Below are positions 45,940 to 56,380 of a DNA stretch of 64,000 nt, in pieces. A program made the position numbers and the translations under genes. Within the stretch, counting starts at the first letter, position 1, and each line of letters begins with the position of its first letter. Source of the DNA: Bdellovibrionales bacterium (GTDB lineage Bacteria; Bdellovibrionota; Bdellovibrionia; Bdellovibrionales; UBA1609); assembly GCA_965226095.1 (NCBI GenBank), contig OZ245336.1, positions 1,033,308 to 1,097,307 on the forward strand, read 5' to 3'. The notes under the pieces are model-generated. The model was not told the origin of the DNA and searched no databases. It saw only the letters and a list, made by a program, of their open reading frames with translations.

Positions 45940-48459
45940 ATGAAAATTTCTTTTAATTATCTTAATAAATACATAGATTTACATGATTTTCATAATAAAA
46001 TAGATGAACTATCTGAACTCTTATGCAAAGCCGGAATTGAAGTAGAAAGTTGGGAGGATATTTCTCAAAAATTTAAAAATTTATTAGTTGTGGAAGTGAA
46101 AAAAATTAAAAAACACCCTTCAGCAGATCGATTGAGACTTTGTGATGTCACTGATGGTTCTGAAAAATCCCGATCTATTGTATGTGGAGCTTCTAACTTT
46201 CAGGAAGGTGATAAAACCGTATTAGCTCTTCCGGGAGCAGTATTGCCTGGAGATATAAGTGTTCAGACTCAAAAAATCAGGGGAGAGTTAAGTCATGGAA
46301 TGATGCTTTCATTTAGTGAACTGGGTTTTGCTCCTCAGAATACAGATGATGAAGGAATTATTGTTTTACCTAAAGAGAGCACCCCTGGGCAGAATTTTGC
46401 AGAACTGGTCGGTTTAAAGGATATTATTTTTGAATTGGCCATTACGCCTAATAGATCTGATTGTTTAAGTCACTTTGGTGTCGCCAGAGAGCTTTCCTGT
46501 TTATTAAATCGTCCGATAAAAGAGTGTTTTACAAACAAACATTCAGGCACAGGGGATTCGGTTAAAGAAAAACTGGGCTTGAAAATAAAACAACCGGACT
46601 TATGTTTTCGTTACACTGGACGGGCAGTTTATAATATTCAAATTCAACCTTCACCTCTGTGGCTTAAAACCGGTTTAGAGAATTTGGGGTTAAAATCCAT
46701 TAATAATGTTGTGGATGCTACAAATTACTTAATGATTCAAACCGGACAACCCTTACATGCTTTCGATATGGATAAACTATCAGATAAAGTGTTAGTGGAT
46801 TTTCCAAAAAAAGGAGAATTGTTTAAAACTCTGGATGATAATGAAATTCATCTGACTGGAAAAGAACTTTGCATCAAAGATGCAAAAAACACAATAGCTT
46901 TGGCAGGTGTTATTGGTGGAGTGGACAGTGGTATTCATTCTGATACTAAAAATATTTTTTTAGAATCTGCTTGTTTTTCCCCTTCACATGTTCAATCTGT
47001 ATCCAAACAATGGCAAATGGATACAGATGCCTCTTATCGCTTTAGCAGAGGGGTAGATCCGGAGATGACGGAAAAAGTATTACAGGAGGCATGTGTACTC
47101 ATTCAGTCATTAGCTGGAGGAAAAGTTTCAAAAGATTACTATGATGAATACCTGCGTCCCACTCAAAGTAAAAGCATTTCTATCAGACAAACAGATTTAG
47201 AAAGGCGCTTAGGTGTACCTGTGGATTTTAAAAAGTTCAGTACATGGATGAAAAAACTAAATTGTAAACTAGAACCATTAAAACAAGAAAAGGCAACTAA
47301 GGTTATTCCACCTTCCTATCGATTTGATTTACATATTAAAGAGGATTTAATAGAGGAATTTGCCAGACTGGAAGGGTACGATCAACTCCCTGAAGCAGAT
47401 CATTTAATTCCTTCTTTGTCAGTTGGCTCAAAGGACGTACAAAGTTATTGTAGAGAAAGCCAGATAGCTGGAATTTTAGTCCAAGAAGGGTTTTTTCAAA
47501 GTATCAATCATAGTTTTATTTCCAAAAAATTTTCCAATAGTTTTATAGAAAATTTTGTTAATTATTCAAACGATACACAGCTGCCAAATGATGATTCAGA
47601 AACCATAAAGGATTCATTTTTTACCTATTTGGAGCATAGTAAAAAGTGTTGGAATCCTGTTTATATTAAAAATCCCTTAAGTTTAGAGTACGACATGATG
47701 AGAGTAAGTATGGCACCCTCTTTATTTAAAAATGCAATTCATAATTTGAAACATGGTTCTCGTTATGGCCGATTGTTTGAACTGGGTTATGTGTTTTCCA
47801 AAGAGCAAAAATCTTATCAGGAGCACCCTCGTCTCGGTTTATTGGCTTGGGGACAAGAAGAAGAGCTTTGGTCCGGGACCAAAAAGCGCCTTTGTGTCTA
47901 TGACTTGAAGACAGCAATATCCAGTTTGTTAGAACACTTGCTGATTGAAGATTATGAGTGGGACCAAGTATCTAAAAATGTACCTTCTTTTATACATCCA
48001 GGGCAGTTTATGCAGTTAAAAGTGCAGGATCAGGTTCAAGGCTATATAGGCACACTACACTCTTCATTATTACAAAAATATAAGATTCGAACTAATGTGG
48101 CCGTTGCTGAGTTAAATATAAAAAATCTTTTAAAACAAGAATCTAAGAAAAAATCTTTTAAAAATTTTTCCTATTTTCCACAAGTGGAAAGAGATATCTC
48201 TTTACTTGTTCCTGAAGATTTTCCAGCTGGAAAACTGGTGCAGGATCTCAAACAAATGATTGGAGCTTTGTGTTATGATGTCAAACTATTTGATGTTTAT
48301 AGAATAGAGGATCAACCAAGAGACAGTAAAAATCGCTCTATCACTTTTCGCCTTTATTTACAGTCTCAAAATAAAACTCTAACAGAACAGGATTTAACGG
48401 AGCTTCAACAAAGAATTATTACAGAACTAAGCGCTAAACGGCCAATTAAATTAAGATAA
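45940..48459 (+). CDS. pheT: Phenylalanine--tRNA ligase beta subunit
   Basis: 839 aa with an N-terminal tRNA-binding OB domain (HPSADRLRLCDV), B3/4 and B5 regions, and a C-terminal FDX-ACB region. It directly follows pheS. Confidence 0.92.
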   Translation: MKISFNYLNKYIDLHDFHNKIDELSELLCKAGIEVESWEDISQKFKNLLVVEVKKIKKHPSADRLRLCDVTDGSEKSRSIVCGASNFQEGDKTVLALPGAVLPGDISVQTQKIRGELSHGMMLSFSELGFAPQNTDDEGIIVLPKESTPGQNFAELVGLKDIIFELAITPNRSDCLSHFGVARELSCLLNRPIKECFTNKHSGTGDSVKEKLGLKIKQPDLCFRYTGRAVYNIQIQPSPLWLKTGLENLGLKSINNVVDATNYLMIQTGQPLHAFDMDKLSDKVLVDFPKKGELFKTLDDNEIHLTGKELCIKDAKNTIALAGVIGGVDSGIHSDTKNIFLESACFSPSHVQSVSKQWQMDTDASYRFSRGVDPEMTEKVLQEACVLIQSLAGGKVSKDYYDEYLRPTQSKSISIRQTDLERRLGVPVDFKKFSTWMKKLNCKLEPLKQEKATKVIPPSYRFDLHIKEDLIEEFARLEGYDQLPEADHLIPSLSVGSKDVQSYCRESQIAGILVQEGFFQSINHSFISKKFSNSFIENFVNYSNDTQLPNDDSETIKDSFFTYLEHSKKCWNPVYIKNPLSLEYDMMRVSMAPSLFKNAIHNLKHGSRYGRLFELGYVFSKEQKSYQEHPRLGLLAWGQEEELWSGTKKRLCVYDLKTAISSLLEHLLIEDYEWDQVSKNVPSFIHPGQFMQLKVQDQVQGYIGTLHSSLLQKYKIRTNVAVAELNIKNLLKQESKKKSFKNFSYFPQVERDISLLVPEDFPAGKLVQDLKQMIGALCYDVKLFDVYRIEDQPRDSKNRSITFRLYLQSQNKTLTEQDLTELQQRIITELSAKRPIKLR

Positions 48460-48552
48460 ACAAGGAAGTTAATAAAATAAGTTGTTTAAATAAAAAGGAT
48501 TATTGACTTTAAAACATAGGAAAACTTACACTCTTTTTCAGGTGGAGTAAAA

Positions 48553-48861
48553 ATGTCGTATCAAAAAAGTAAAACTCTGACGAAAGCTGATATTTATACA
48601 GATCTATATAACAAAATTGGTTATTCCCAAAAATATTCTGCTAACCTTGTTAATTCTGTGTTTGATGTTATTTCGGATAAATTATGTAACAACCATCATG
48701 TTCGATTGTCCGGATTTGGTAATTTCTTGTTACGAGACAAGCAACCCCGTATAGGACGTGATCCAAAAACAGGTCATCAAATTACTATTAAGGCCAGAAA
48801 AGTAGTGGTGTTTCATTCCAGTCCGATTTTAAAGGAAAAGGTTAAAAAGAGAAGGGGATAA
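48553..48861 (+). CDS. ihfA: Integration host factor alpha-like protein (HU/IHF family)
   Basis: 102 aa with LTKADIYTDL...VRLSGFGNFLLRDKQPRIGRDPKTGHQITIKARKVVVFHSS. Its position after pheST matches the conserved pheST-ihfA arrangement. Confidence 0.8.
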   Translation: MSYQKSKTLTKADIYTDLYNKIGYSQKYSANLVNSVFDVISDKLCNNHHVRLSGFGNFLLRDKQPRIGRDPKTGHQITIKARKVVVFHSSPILKEKVKKRRG

Positions 48862-48866
48862 AAGTA

Positions 48867-49292
48867 ATGGGTATGGAGATAGATTTTATAGAAACACCAG
48901 AAATACAAATTGGTCATCTGGATCCAATACTCAAAGAAGAAATAGGTAAAATTCCGGATAGAATTTCATTTAAAATTGGTGAAGTGGCGTCCTTATTACA
49001 AATAAAATCTCACGTTTTGAGATATTGGGAAATGGAATTTGATCTTCTTCGTCCAAAAAAAATGTCTAATGGACAAAGGCTTTATTTTAAAAAAGATGTG
49101 GAAACAGCTTTATTGATAAAAAAGCTTTTATATACAGATGGTTTTTCTGTGAAAGGCGCTAAACAAGCTTTAAGAGTTCTTAAAAAAGAAAACCGAATAT
49201 ATAAGAAACAGAATGTTCAAGAGGGTAAGTTATCCAAAAAATTAGATCTTATTTTAGAAAAAATTAGTGATATTCGTGAAACAATAAAATAA
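48867..49292 (+). CDS. MerR-family transcriptional regulator
   Basis: 141 aa with the HTH FKIGEVASLLQIKSHVLRYWEMEF typical of MerR N-terminal domains. Confidence 0.8.
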   Translation: MGMEIDFIETPEIQIGHLDPILKEEIGKIPDRISFKIGEVASLLQIKSHVLRYWEMEFDLLRPKKMSNGQRLYFKKDVETALLIKKLLYTDGFSVKGAKQALRVLKKENRIYKKQNVQEGKLSKKLDLILEKISDIRETIK

Positions 49293-49295
49293 AAG

Positions 49296-50471
49296 TTAAA
49301 GACTTTGTTGTTTTTTTCTCAGGTATTTTTGAATAGCCTGGACAGTTTTAATAAAATATCTTTGTGGTACTTTCTTACCATTGATCAGTACAGTGGGTGT
49401 TCCTGTAATATTCATGTGTTTACCGGCTTGAAGTTGTTCCTCTTGTATATTCATAGCAGCTGTGGATTGTATACAATTTTTCCACTCAAGCCATTGAATG
49501 GGTAAATGTAAGCTGATTTGTTTAAGTGTTTCAATCGCTTTATCCTGATCAGATAAAGGTATAAATTTCTTTTGATTGTCAAATACCAAATGATGCATAT
49601 TCCAACCCTGTTGTTGTCGTTCCGAACAATACACTCCTCTTGTTAAAGCACAAGATACTCCATTACCTTGGCATTGATCTAATGGAAAGGAGTAGTATTC
49701 CACGTATATATTAGGTTGAGATGATTTTAAAAGTTTTAATGTATAATAACTATTTTTACAGTGAGGACATAAAAAATCTGCAAATTCAGTCACTCTGATA
49801 GAATTGTTGGTTTCAGTTTTTTTACCATACTTTAATAGCGGAGTTTTCGATGTATTTTTTATGGGAGCAGATAACCAATCCAAAAAATTAACATGGACCA
49901 CTTGTTTGGAAGATGCAGTATTGCTTAAATTAATAAATATCAAGTGAGATAAAATTCCAGTGATTACCCAGGCTAGCAAGAGACCCGATAAAAAACGGAA
50001 GTTTAATGTTTTGATAGCAGAAAGTAGAAACTTTTTTTTAAAAGCTGGCCACATAGAGATCATAATTACAAAAGAAAGTAAATATAAAATCAGACAGAAA
50101 GGACAAAATACCTTGAGAAATAATCCTGACAGAAGTATCATCACCAAAGAGGCCAAGACAGATAAACCTGACAATCCAAGAAGAGCCAGTATAATACGAG
50201 GGGCTTGTTCCACTAAGCCGCTTATCAGGGTAAAGGTCAACAAAGCAATAATGAAGTTTGTGGCAAAACCCATATCTGATAAATGAAGTCCGGCAAACTG
50301 AGAATAGTCAGAAGCCAAAGCAACATCACAATTCAAACGATCATTGATATGGCAAATGGAAGATTCATTGATTTGCCCGGCAGAAATAGATTGAGCTCTG
50401 GAGCTAAGGTATAAATGAATACCAGATGATATAATAGAGCAAATAAGTATGATAAAAAAATTTTTGTTCAT
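49296..50471 (-). CDS. VKOR-domain / thioredoxin-fold (DsbA-like) fusion protein
   Basis: 391 aa. The N-terminal multi-TM region has a loop Cys pair (CHINDRLNC) and an in-membrane CPFC. The C-terminal domain carries the CPHC active site. Confidence 0.75.
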   Translation of the reverse strand: MNKNFFIILICSIISSGIHLYLSSRAQSISAGQINESSICHINDRLNCDVALASDYSQFAGLHLSDMGFATNFIIALLTFTLISGLVEQAPRIILALLGLSGLSVLASLVMILLSGLFLKVFCPFCLILYLLSFVIMISMWPAFKKKFLLSAIKTLNFRFLSGLLLAWVITGILSHLIFINLSNTASSKQVVHVNFLDWLSAPIKNTSKTPLLKYGKKTETNNSIRVTEFADFLCPHCKNSYYTLKLLKSSQPNIYVEYYSFPLDQCQGNGVSCALTRGVYCSERQQQGWNMHHLVFDNQKKFIPLSDQDKAIETLKQISLHLPIQWLEWKNCIQSTAAMNIQEEQLQAGKHMNITGTPTVLINGKKVPQRYFIKTVQAIQKYLRKKQQSL

Positions 50472-50650
50472 TATTTAAATAGGTAAGATATAAGTTTTTA
50501 ATGTATTGTATAGGTGTTTATTCAGTGTTTTTCAAGGGTTTTTATATAAGTTTTCCATATTAGAGTTTGTTTGCTACTGGTCTTTTTTCTGTTTTTTTTG
50601 TAAAGTAGGCAAAGTTTGTCGAAAATATATAGAATTATCAGAGGTATAAA

Positions 50651-51703
50651 GTGGTTTTTAGGGAAATAGAAAGGTATGGTCAGCATGAACAAGTTGTGTT
50701 CTTTCACGATCCAACAGTTCATCTAAAGTGTATTATCGCAATCCATAATACGAATTTAGGTCCTGCTTTAGGTGGTTGTCGTATGTGGCCTTATGCTTCT
50801 GAAGAGGAAGCATTAAAAGATGTGTTGAAATTATCCAGAGGAATGACTTACAAAGCTGCTGTATCTAATTTGGCTCTTGGTGGGGGGAAAGCGGTTATTA
50901 TTGCTGATCCAAAACAAAAAAATCAAGAGCTTTTTAATACTTTTGGTCGTTTTGTTGAATCTTTAAACGGTCGATACATTACCGCAGAAGATGTAGGAAC
51001 CAGTGTGGAGGATATGAAGTACATTAGAGAGAAAACTTCGTTTGTTGCCGGTTTGCCTCCGGATCTTGGAGGCGCTGGAGATCCCAGTCCATATACCGCT
51101 AAAAGTACATTAATCGGTATGAAAGCCGCTGTAGCCCATAAGTTTAAAAACAAGTCTCTTAAAGGATTGCATGTGGCTATTCAGGGCATGGGTAATGTAG
51201 GTCTGTACTTGGCACAGTATCTTTTGGAAGAAGAGTGTAAACTAACCATTTGTGATTGTTTCGAACAAAAAACTACTACATTTAAAGAGAAATATCCTGA
51301 AGTACAGGTTGTGCATCACGATAAAATTTATGAAACTAAATGTGATATTTTCGCACCTTGTGCCTTAGGATCTATATTAACTCCGCTGACTGTATCCCAT
51401 TTAAATTGTTCTATTATTGCCGGTGCGGCCAATAATCAATTAGATACAATAAAGACAGAAGATATAATCAGGCAAAAGGGTATTCTATATGTTCCGGATT
51501 TTGTTGTTAATGCAGGTGGATTAATTCATGTTTTTGTGGAATCTGCTTCTAAAGGTGATTATAAGGAAGAAGAAACTTTAAGAAGAATTGACAAGGTTTA
51601 TGACACTTTAGTAGAAATTTTTTGTATGGCAGATGCCAGTAAAAACAATAACACTACTGACATAGCTATTCAAATGGCGGAACAAAAAATTTTACAAAAA
51701 TGA
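50651..51703 (+). CDS. Leucine/valine/phenylalanine dehydrogenase
   Basis: 350 aa with HEQVVFFHDP...IIAIHNTNLGPALGGCRMWPY and the catalytic GGGKAV block, plus the Rossmann motif IQGMGNVG. It uses a GTG start. Confidence 0.85.
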   Translation: MVFREIERYGQHEQVVFFHDPTVHLKCIIAIHNTNLGPALGGCRMWPYASEEEALKDVLKLSRGMTYKAAVSNLALGGGKAVIIADPKQKNQELFNTFGRFVESLNGRYITAEDVGTSVEDMKYIREKTSFVAGLPPDLGGAGDPSPYTAKSTLIGMKAAVAHKFKNKSLKGLHVAIQGMGNVGLYLAQYLLEEECKLTICDCFEQKTTTFKEKYPEVQVVHHDKIYETKCDIFAPCALGSILTPLTVSHLNCSIIAGAANNQLDTIKTEDIIRQKGILYVPDFVVNAGGLIHVFVESASKGDYKEEETLRRIDKVYDTLVEIFCMADASKNNNTTDIAIQMAEQKILQK

Positions 51704-51740
51704 TTTAATAACTAATAACCCAGTTGGAAAGGATAGTACA

Positions 51741-52556
51741 TTGTCCAGAAAGCACTCTACTAATTTAGTGGAAAAAGATCCTTTACACATATTTATACAA
51801 AAAGCCACTCGATGGTTACAAGCTTACTTTCAGTATATTTTAGTTGTTTTATGCATCGCCTTTTTTGCCGGTGTTGGGTTTTTAGCCTATGAATATTTAC
51901 AAAAACAAAAAAATCAAAAAGCTGAAAATGAACTCTATACTATCAAAAAAACTTTAATAGATTTAGAAAAAAAATCTGGTGGCAATGTATTTTCAGATGC
52001 CGATAATACTTTTTTTAAAAAAACAGTAAAATCAAAATACAGTGCTGAAATAAAAAACACTATTCAAAAGTATCAAGAGCTTATTAAAAAATGGCAGGGA
52101 ACTTCAGCCGGAATTTTATCAGCAATAGAACTTGCTCATTTTTTATACCAGTATGAAAAATCGACGCAAGCAGTGAAACTCCTCAAGTCTACACTAAGCT
52201 CTTATAAAAAAGATAACCTTATTCGTTTACTTTCCTCCTATCAACTTGGTTTGTATCTCATGGATCAAAAGGACTACAATCTGGCACTGCCTTATTTTGA
52301 TTTTGTTATACAAAGTGAAAAAGGTAAATGGCTTCGACCGGAAGCTTTACTAAAAAAAGCTCTCATTTATGAAAAACAAAATAAAATAACAGAAGCGAAA
52401 AATATTTATAGAATTGTACAAACCGACTATGCAGACAGCCAAACCAGCCAACTAGCCACTCAATATTTAAATCTGATGACAGTGGAACTTAAATTAAAAA
52501 AATTAGAAAATCAAAAAAATGAAGCATCAAAATCTGTTACGAAGGAAGGGAAGTAG
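51741..52556 (+). CDS. YfgM-like membrane-anchored TPR protein
   Basis: 271 aa with one N-terminal TM helix followed by TPR-like repeats. Its position directly upstream of a BamB-like gene mirrors yfgM-bamB. Confidence 0.6.
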   Translation: MSRKHSTNLVEKDPLHIFIQKATRWLQAYFQYILVVLCIAFFAGVGFLAYEYLQKQKNQKAENELYTIKKTLIDLEKKSGGNVFSDADNTFFKKTVKSKYSAEIKNTIQKYQELIKKWQGTSAGILSAIELAHFLYQYEKSTQAVKLLKSTLSSYKKDNLIRLLSSYQLGLYLMDQKDYNLALPYFDFVIQSEKGKWLRPEALLKKALIYEKQNKITEAKNIYRIVQTDYADSQTSQLATQYLNLMTVELKLKKLENQKNEASKSVTKEGK

Positions 52557-52558
52557 AA

Positions 52559-53692
52559 GTGAATCTTTATCTTAAACTAAAGTTTTTAATACAAAGAGGT
52601 TGTTTATATTTGTGTATATTATTTATATGCATCTCTTGTAAAAATTTATCTTCCAGTAATAAAGACAATAAATTATTTCAAAAAATATGGGTTAAAGAAA
52701 CAATACAGGAATCTTTTAAATATCCTTCTCGTTTACAATCTGTCTCTCCAACTTTAGCTGGAAGTTTATTGGTTCAAGGTAATAAATCCACGGGTCTTTA
52801 TGCTTACACAACTAAAAATGGAAAACAAAAATGGTTTTTTCCCATTAAAAATGGAGTGGCAGGAGGAATTTTTCTAACCGCTAATCGAGTTTTTTTTAGT
52901 GGGGCAGATGGTTTTTTTTACAGTTTGAATTTACAGACCGCCCAAATAATATGGAAGTACTATACAGGAATTGTTAACAGCTCTGCGCCGGTTCTACATA
53001 AAGGTATCATATACTTTTCAAGCCCCCATCGTCTGTATGCTTTATCCGCTCATAATGGGAAGAATCTTTGGACTTATGGAGTTACCATTGAAGATAAAGC
53101 TTTTATTGTAGAAGGAGTGACTGCTCCACTGGTAACAAATAACAAAGTGTATTTTAAACCGGCCAATAATTCAATTGTAGCTTTAAATTTAAAAGGAAAA
53201 TTACAATGGCAAAAAAAACTCTCTTCTCATTCTAAATTGGCTTTCGCAGGTTCCGCTCCAGTTTTAAGTACAACTTGTCTTTATACAGCTCATTTTGAAT
53301 CCGGTTTATTTTGTTTGAATAAAAGAAATGGAAAGGTGATATGGAAAAATTCCATTCCTTCTCATGGAGATATTCTACTCTCGGGCTCTTTTTTATTTTA
53401 TCCAACCAAGGATGGAAGAATATTGGCACTTCACCAAAAATCCGGAAAAATTATATGGACTCACAAAGTACCAAAACCTGTTTCCACTTCATTAGTCATG
53501 TATAAAGATACTTTAATCTATGGAGAATATCATGGCGATTTAAGGTTTTTATCCAAACAAACCGGCAGGGAAGTGGGGCACTTTGCTTTTGGTTCTGGAA
53601 TGTCAGCAGTACCAGTGGTGTCTTCCACTCGTTCGGAACTATATTTTCTCTCCAATTTTGGTTGGCTGTATAAACTCAAGCTTTTTCTTTAA
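52559..53692 (+). CDS. PQQ-like beta-propeller lipoprotein (BamB-like)
   Basis: 377 aa with the lipobox ICISC and repeated G.(I/L).W motifs (AQIIWKY, GKNLWTY, GKVIWKN, GKIIWTH) typical of PQQ-type propellers. Confidence 0.65.
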   Translation: MNLYLKLKFLIQRGCLYLCILFICISCKNLSSSNKDNKLFQKIWVKETIQESFKYPSRLQSVSPTLAGSLLVQGNKSTGLYAYTTKNGKQKWFFPIKNGVAGGIFLTANRVFFSGADGFFYSLNLQTAQIIWKYYTGIVNSSAPVLHKGIIYFSSPHRLYALSAHNGKNLWTYGVTIEDKAFIVEGVTAPLVTNNKVYFKPANNSIVALNLKGKLQWQKKLSSHSKLAFAGSAPVLSTTCLYTAHFESGLFCLNKRNGKVIWKNSIPSHGDILLSGSFLFYPTKDGRILALHQKSGKIIWTHKVPKPVSTSLVMYKDTLIYGEYHGDLRFLSKQTGREVGHFAFGSGMSAVPVVSSTRSELYFLSNFGWLYKLKLFL

Positions 53693-53708
53693 GTAAGGAG
53701 CTTTAAAG

Positions 53709-54902
53709 ATGAATGTTTATATTCTATCAGCTAAGAGAACACCCATTGGCTCTTTTATGGGAGGACTTTCTTCTATACCAGCTCCACGATTGGCTGTTCC
53801 AGTTATTAAAGCCTTAGTTACTTCAGGTTCTCAACAAGATGAAGTAAAATCAGTATCTGTTGAAGATGTACAGGAATGTATTATGGGACAGGTATTAACT
53901 GCCGGGAGTGGTCAGGCACCCGCACGTCAATCCGCGCTTTATGCAGGTTTAAAGGTATCCACTCAATGTATGACAATTAACAAAGTTTGTGGTTCCGGTT
54001 TAAAAGCTATTATGTTGGCTCAGGATTCTATTCTTTGCGGACGTCATGATGTCGTAGTGGCTGGAGGGCAGGAGAATATGAGTTTAAGTCCATATATCGT
54101 TCCCCATATGAGGACTGGTTTTAAACTGGGTTCCTTTGAACTGGAAGATAGTCTTATCAAAGATGGTTTATGGGATCCCTATAATAATTTTCATATGGGG
54201 AATGCTGGAGAAATTTGCGCAAAAGAATATAAGATCAGACGGGAAGAGCAGGATAACTTTGCTATTAACAGTTATAAAAAAGCCAAAAAAGCTCAAGAAC
54301 ATAATTATTTTGAAGAAGAGATTGTTCCAGTAAAAGTAGAAAAAGATAAAGAGCAGTATACTGTATTAAAAGATGAAGAACCCGATCGAGTGATCTATGA
54401 AAAAATTCAAAAACTTAAACCTGCCTTTAAAAAGGAAGGTAGTATTACTGCCGCCAATGCCAGTAAAATTAATGATGGAGCAAGTGCCTGCACAGTAGTT
54501 TCAGAAAACTATATAAAATCTGAAAAGAAAAAACCTTTGGCTCAAATCATTGCCAGTGGAGCCTTTGCACAACAACCGGAATTTTTTACTATTGCACCGG
54601 TTTCAGCTATTAAAAATTGTTTAAAAAACGCTGGTTTGAAAATAACAGATATTGATTTATTTGAAATTAATGAAGCTTTTTCTGTAGTGGCTTTGGCTGT
54701 TGCCAAAGAACTATCTATTCCCATGGAGAAACTCAATGTGCATGGTGGAGCCGTGGCTTTAGGTCATCCACTTGGAGCTAGTGGTGCTCGTATTCTCACT
54801 ACTCTGATACATGCCTTACATAAATATAATAAAAGATATGGAATGGTCGGGATCTGCCTAGGAGGAGGGGAAGCTTTAGCCTTATTGGTGGAGAAGTGTT
54901 AA
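53709..54902 (+). CDS. Acetyl-CoA C-acetyltransferase (thiolase II)
   Basis: 397 aa with the active-site Cys block NKVCGSGLKA and the C-terminal NVHGGAVALGHPLGASG and GICLGGG. Confidence 0.9.
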   Translation: MNVYILSAKRTPIGSFMGGLSSIPAPRLAVPVIKALVTSGSQQDEVKSVSVEDVQECIMGQVLTAGSGQAPARQSALYAGLKVSTQCMTINKVCGSGLKAIMLAQDSILCGRHDVVVAGGQENMSLSPYIVPHMRTGFKLGSFELEDSLIKDGLWDPYNNFHMGNAGEICAKEYKIRREEQDNFAINSYKKAKKAQEHNYFEEEIVPVKVEKDKEQYTVLKDEEPDRVIYEKIQKLKPAFKKEGSITAANASKINDGASACTVVSENYIKSEKKKPLAQIIASGAFAQQPEFFTIAPVSAIKNCLKNAGLKITDIDLFEINEAFSVVALAVAKELSIPMEKLNVHGGAVALGHPLGASGARILTTLIHALHKYNKRYGMVGICLGGGEALALLVEKC

Positions 54903-54918
54903 ATGATAGAGGAATGAT

Positions 54919-55617
54919 ATGAATAAAGTGTTTAAAGATGCAGAAGCGGCAATTTTTGATTTAGAAGATTCAGCTGTTTTATTAGCAGGTGGTTTTGGGT
55001 TATGTGGAATTCCCGAAAATCTTATTTTTGCAATTAAAAGAAAAGGAATTAAAAACTTAACTTGTGTATCTAATAATGCGGGTGTGGATGATTTTGGCTT
55101 AGGACTTTTATTACAAACCAAACAGATAAAAAAAATGGTAGCCAGTTATGTTGGTGAAAATAGTTTATTTGAAAAACAATTTTTAGAAAAAACTTTAGAA
55201 GTAGAACTTGTTCCTCAGGGCACTTTGGCGGAAAGAATACGTGCCGGTGGAGCAGGTATTCCAGCCTTTTATACACCAACAGGAGTGGGGACAAAGGTAG
55301 CCGAAGGAAAAAAAGCGGACAGTTTTAATGGTAAAAAATATCTGTTGGAAGAGGCACTCATTGGAGATTTCGCCTTAGTAAAAGCCTGGAAAGGAGATAA
55401 GGCTGGTAATTTAATTTACAGGCATACCGCTCAAAATTTTAATTCTGTTATGGCCACGGCTGGAAAAATCACTATTGCAGAAGTGGAAATTCTAGTGGAA
55501 GCTGGAGAACTAGAGCCTAATACTATTCATACCCCAGGCCTTTATGTGCAACGAATATTTCAAGGAAAAAACTATGAGAAAAGAATTGAACAAAGAACTA
55601 TTAGAGAGAGAAAATAG
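54919..55617 (+). CDS. scoA: 3-oxoacid CoA-transferase subunit A
   Basis: 232 aa with [12 protein letters not shown] and a SENG-type family architecture. It is paired with subunit B downstream. Confidence 0.85.
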   Translation: MNKVFKDAEAAIFDLEDSAVLLAGGFGLCGIPENLIFAIKRKGIKNLTCVSNNAGVDDFGLGLLLQTKQIKKMVASYVGENSLFEKQFLEKTLEVELVPQGTLAERIRAGGAGIPAFYTPTGVGTKVAEGKKADSFNGKKYLLEEALIGDFALVKAWKGDKAGNLIYRHTAQNFNSVMATAGKITIAEVEILVEAGELEPNTIHTPGLYVQRIFQGKNYEKRIEQRTIRERK

Positions 55618-55681
55618 GAAATGCAATTTATTTAGAAATAGCTTTAATAAAATTTGATAAATATATAAGGATATTAAATAA

Positions 55682-56341
55682 ATGCCTCTTAATCGTAATC
55701 AAATAGCCCAAAGAATTGCTCAAGAAGTGCAAGATGGCTTTGTTGTTAATTTAGGTATTGGAATCCCCACTTTAGTCAGTAACTTTATTCCAAAAGATAT
55801 TCATGTCCTGTTTCATAGTGAGAACGGTCTTTTAGGGCTAGGTCCATTTCCCTATGAAGGAGAAGAAGATGCAGATCTCATCAATGCCGGCAAACAAACC
55901 GTCACTGCTGTAAAGGGATCGAGTTTTTTTTCTTCAGCCAATAGCTTTGCTATGATTCGAGGAGGACATATTGATTTAAGCGTCCTAGGAGCCTTACAAG
56001 TCGATCAAGGAGGATCTTTGGCCAACTGGATGGTACCAGGTAAAATGGTGAAGGGGATGGGAGGAGCTATGGATCTGGTGGCTGGTGCTAAAAGAGTAGT
56101 GCTGGCTATGCAACATACAGATAAAAAAGGCCAATCCAAACTATTAACAAAATGCACATTACCTTTAACAGGAGTGGCCTGTGTCCAGCGTGTTGTTACA
56201 GATTATGCAGTCATTGATATAGATCCCAAAGAAGGCTTTATTTTAAGGGAAGTAGTGGAGGGGACTTCTCCGGAAGAAATACAAAAGATCACCGACGCTC
56301 CTCTAAAAATAGATTCTTCTGTAAAAACCATCTCTTTATAA
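55682..56341 (+). CDS. scoB: 3-oxoacid CoA-transferase subunit B
   Basis: 219 aa with the catalytic-Glu block HSENGLLG and GGAMDLV. Confidence 0.85.
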   Translation: MPLNRNQIAQRIAQEVQDGFVVNLGIGIPTLVSNFIPKDIHVLFHSENGLLGLGPFPYEGEEDADLINAGKQTVTAVKGSSFFSSANSFAMIRGGHIDLSVLGALQVDQGGSLANWMVPGKMVKGMGGAMDLVAGAKRVVLAMQHTDKKGQSKLLTKCTLPLTGVACVQRVVTDYAVIDIDPKEGFILREVVEGTSPEEIQKITDAPLKIDSSVKTISL

Positions 56342-56380
56342 GCTTTTATTATAATGGAATTGAAATATAACGACGAATTT

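Noticed and set aside
50522-50722. 66-aa minus-strand ORF between the VKOR-DsbA gene and the Leu dehydrogenase gene
   Set aside because: It overlaps the Leu dehydrogenase start and promoter region, and its low-complexity peptide suggests it is spurious.
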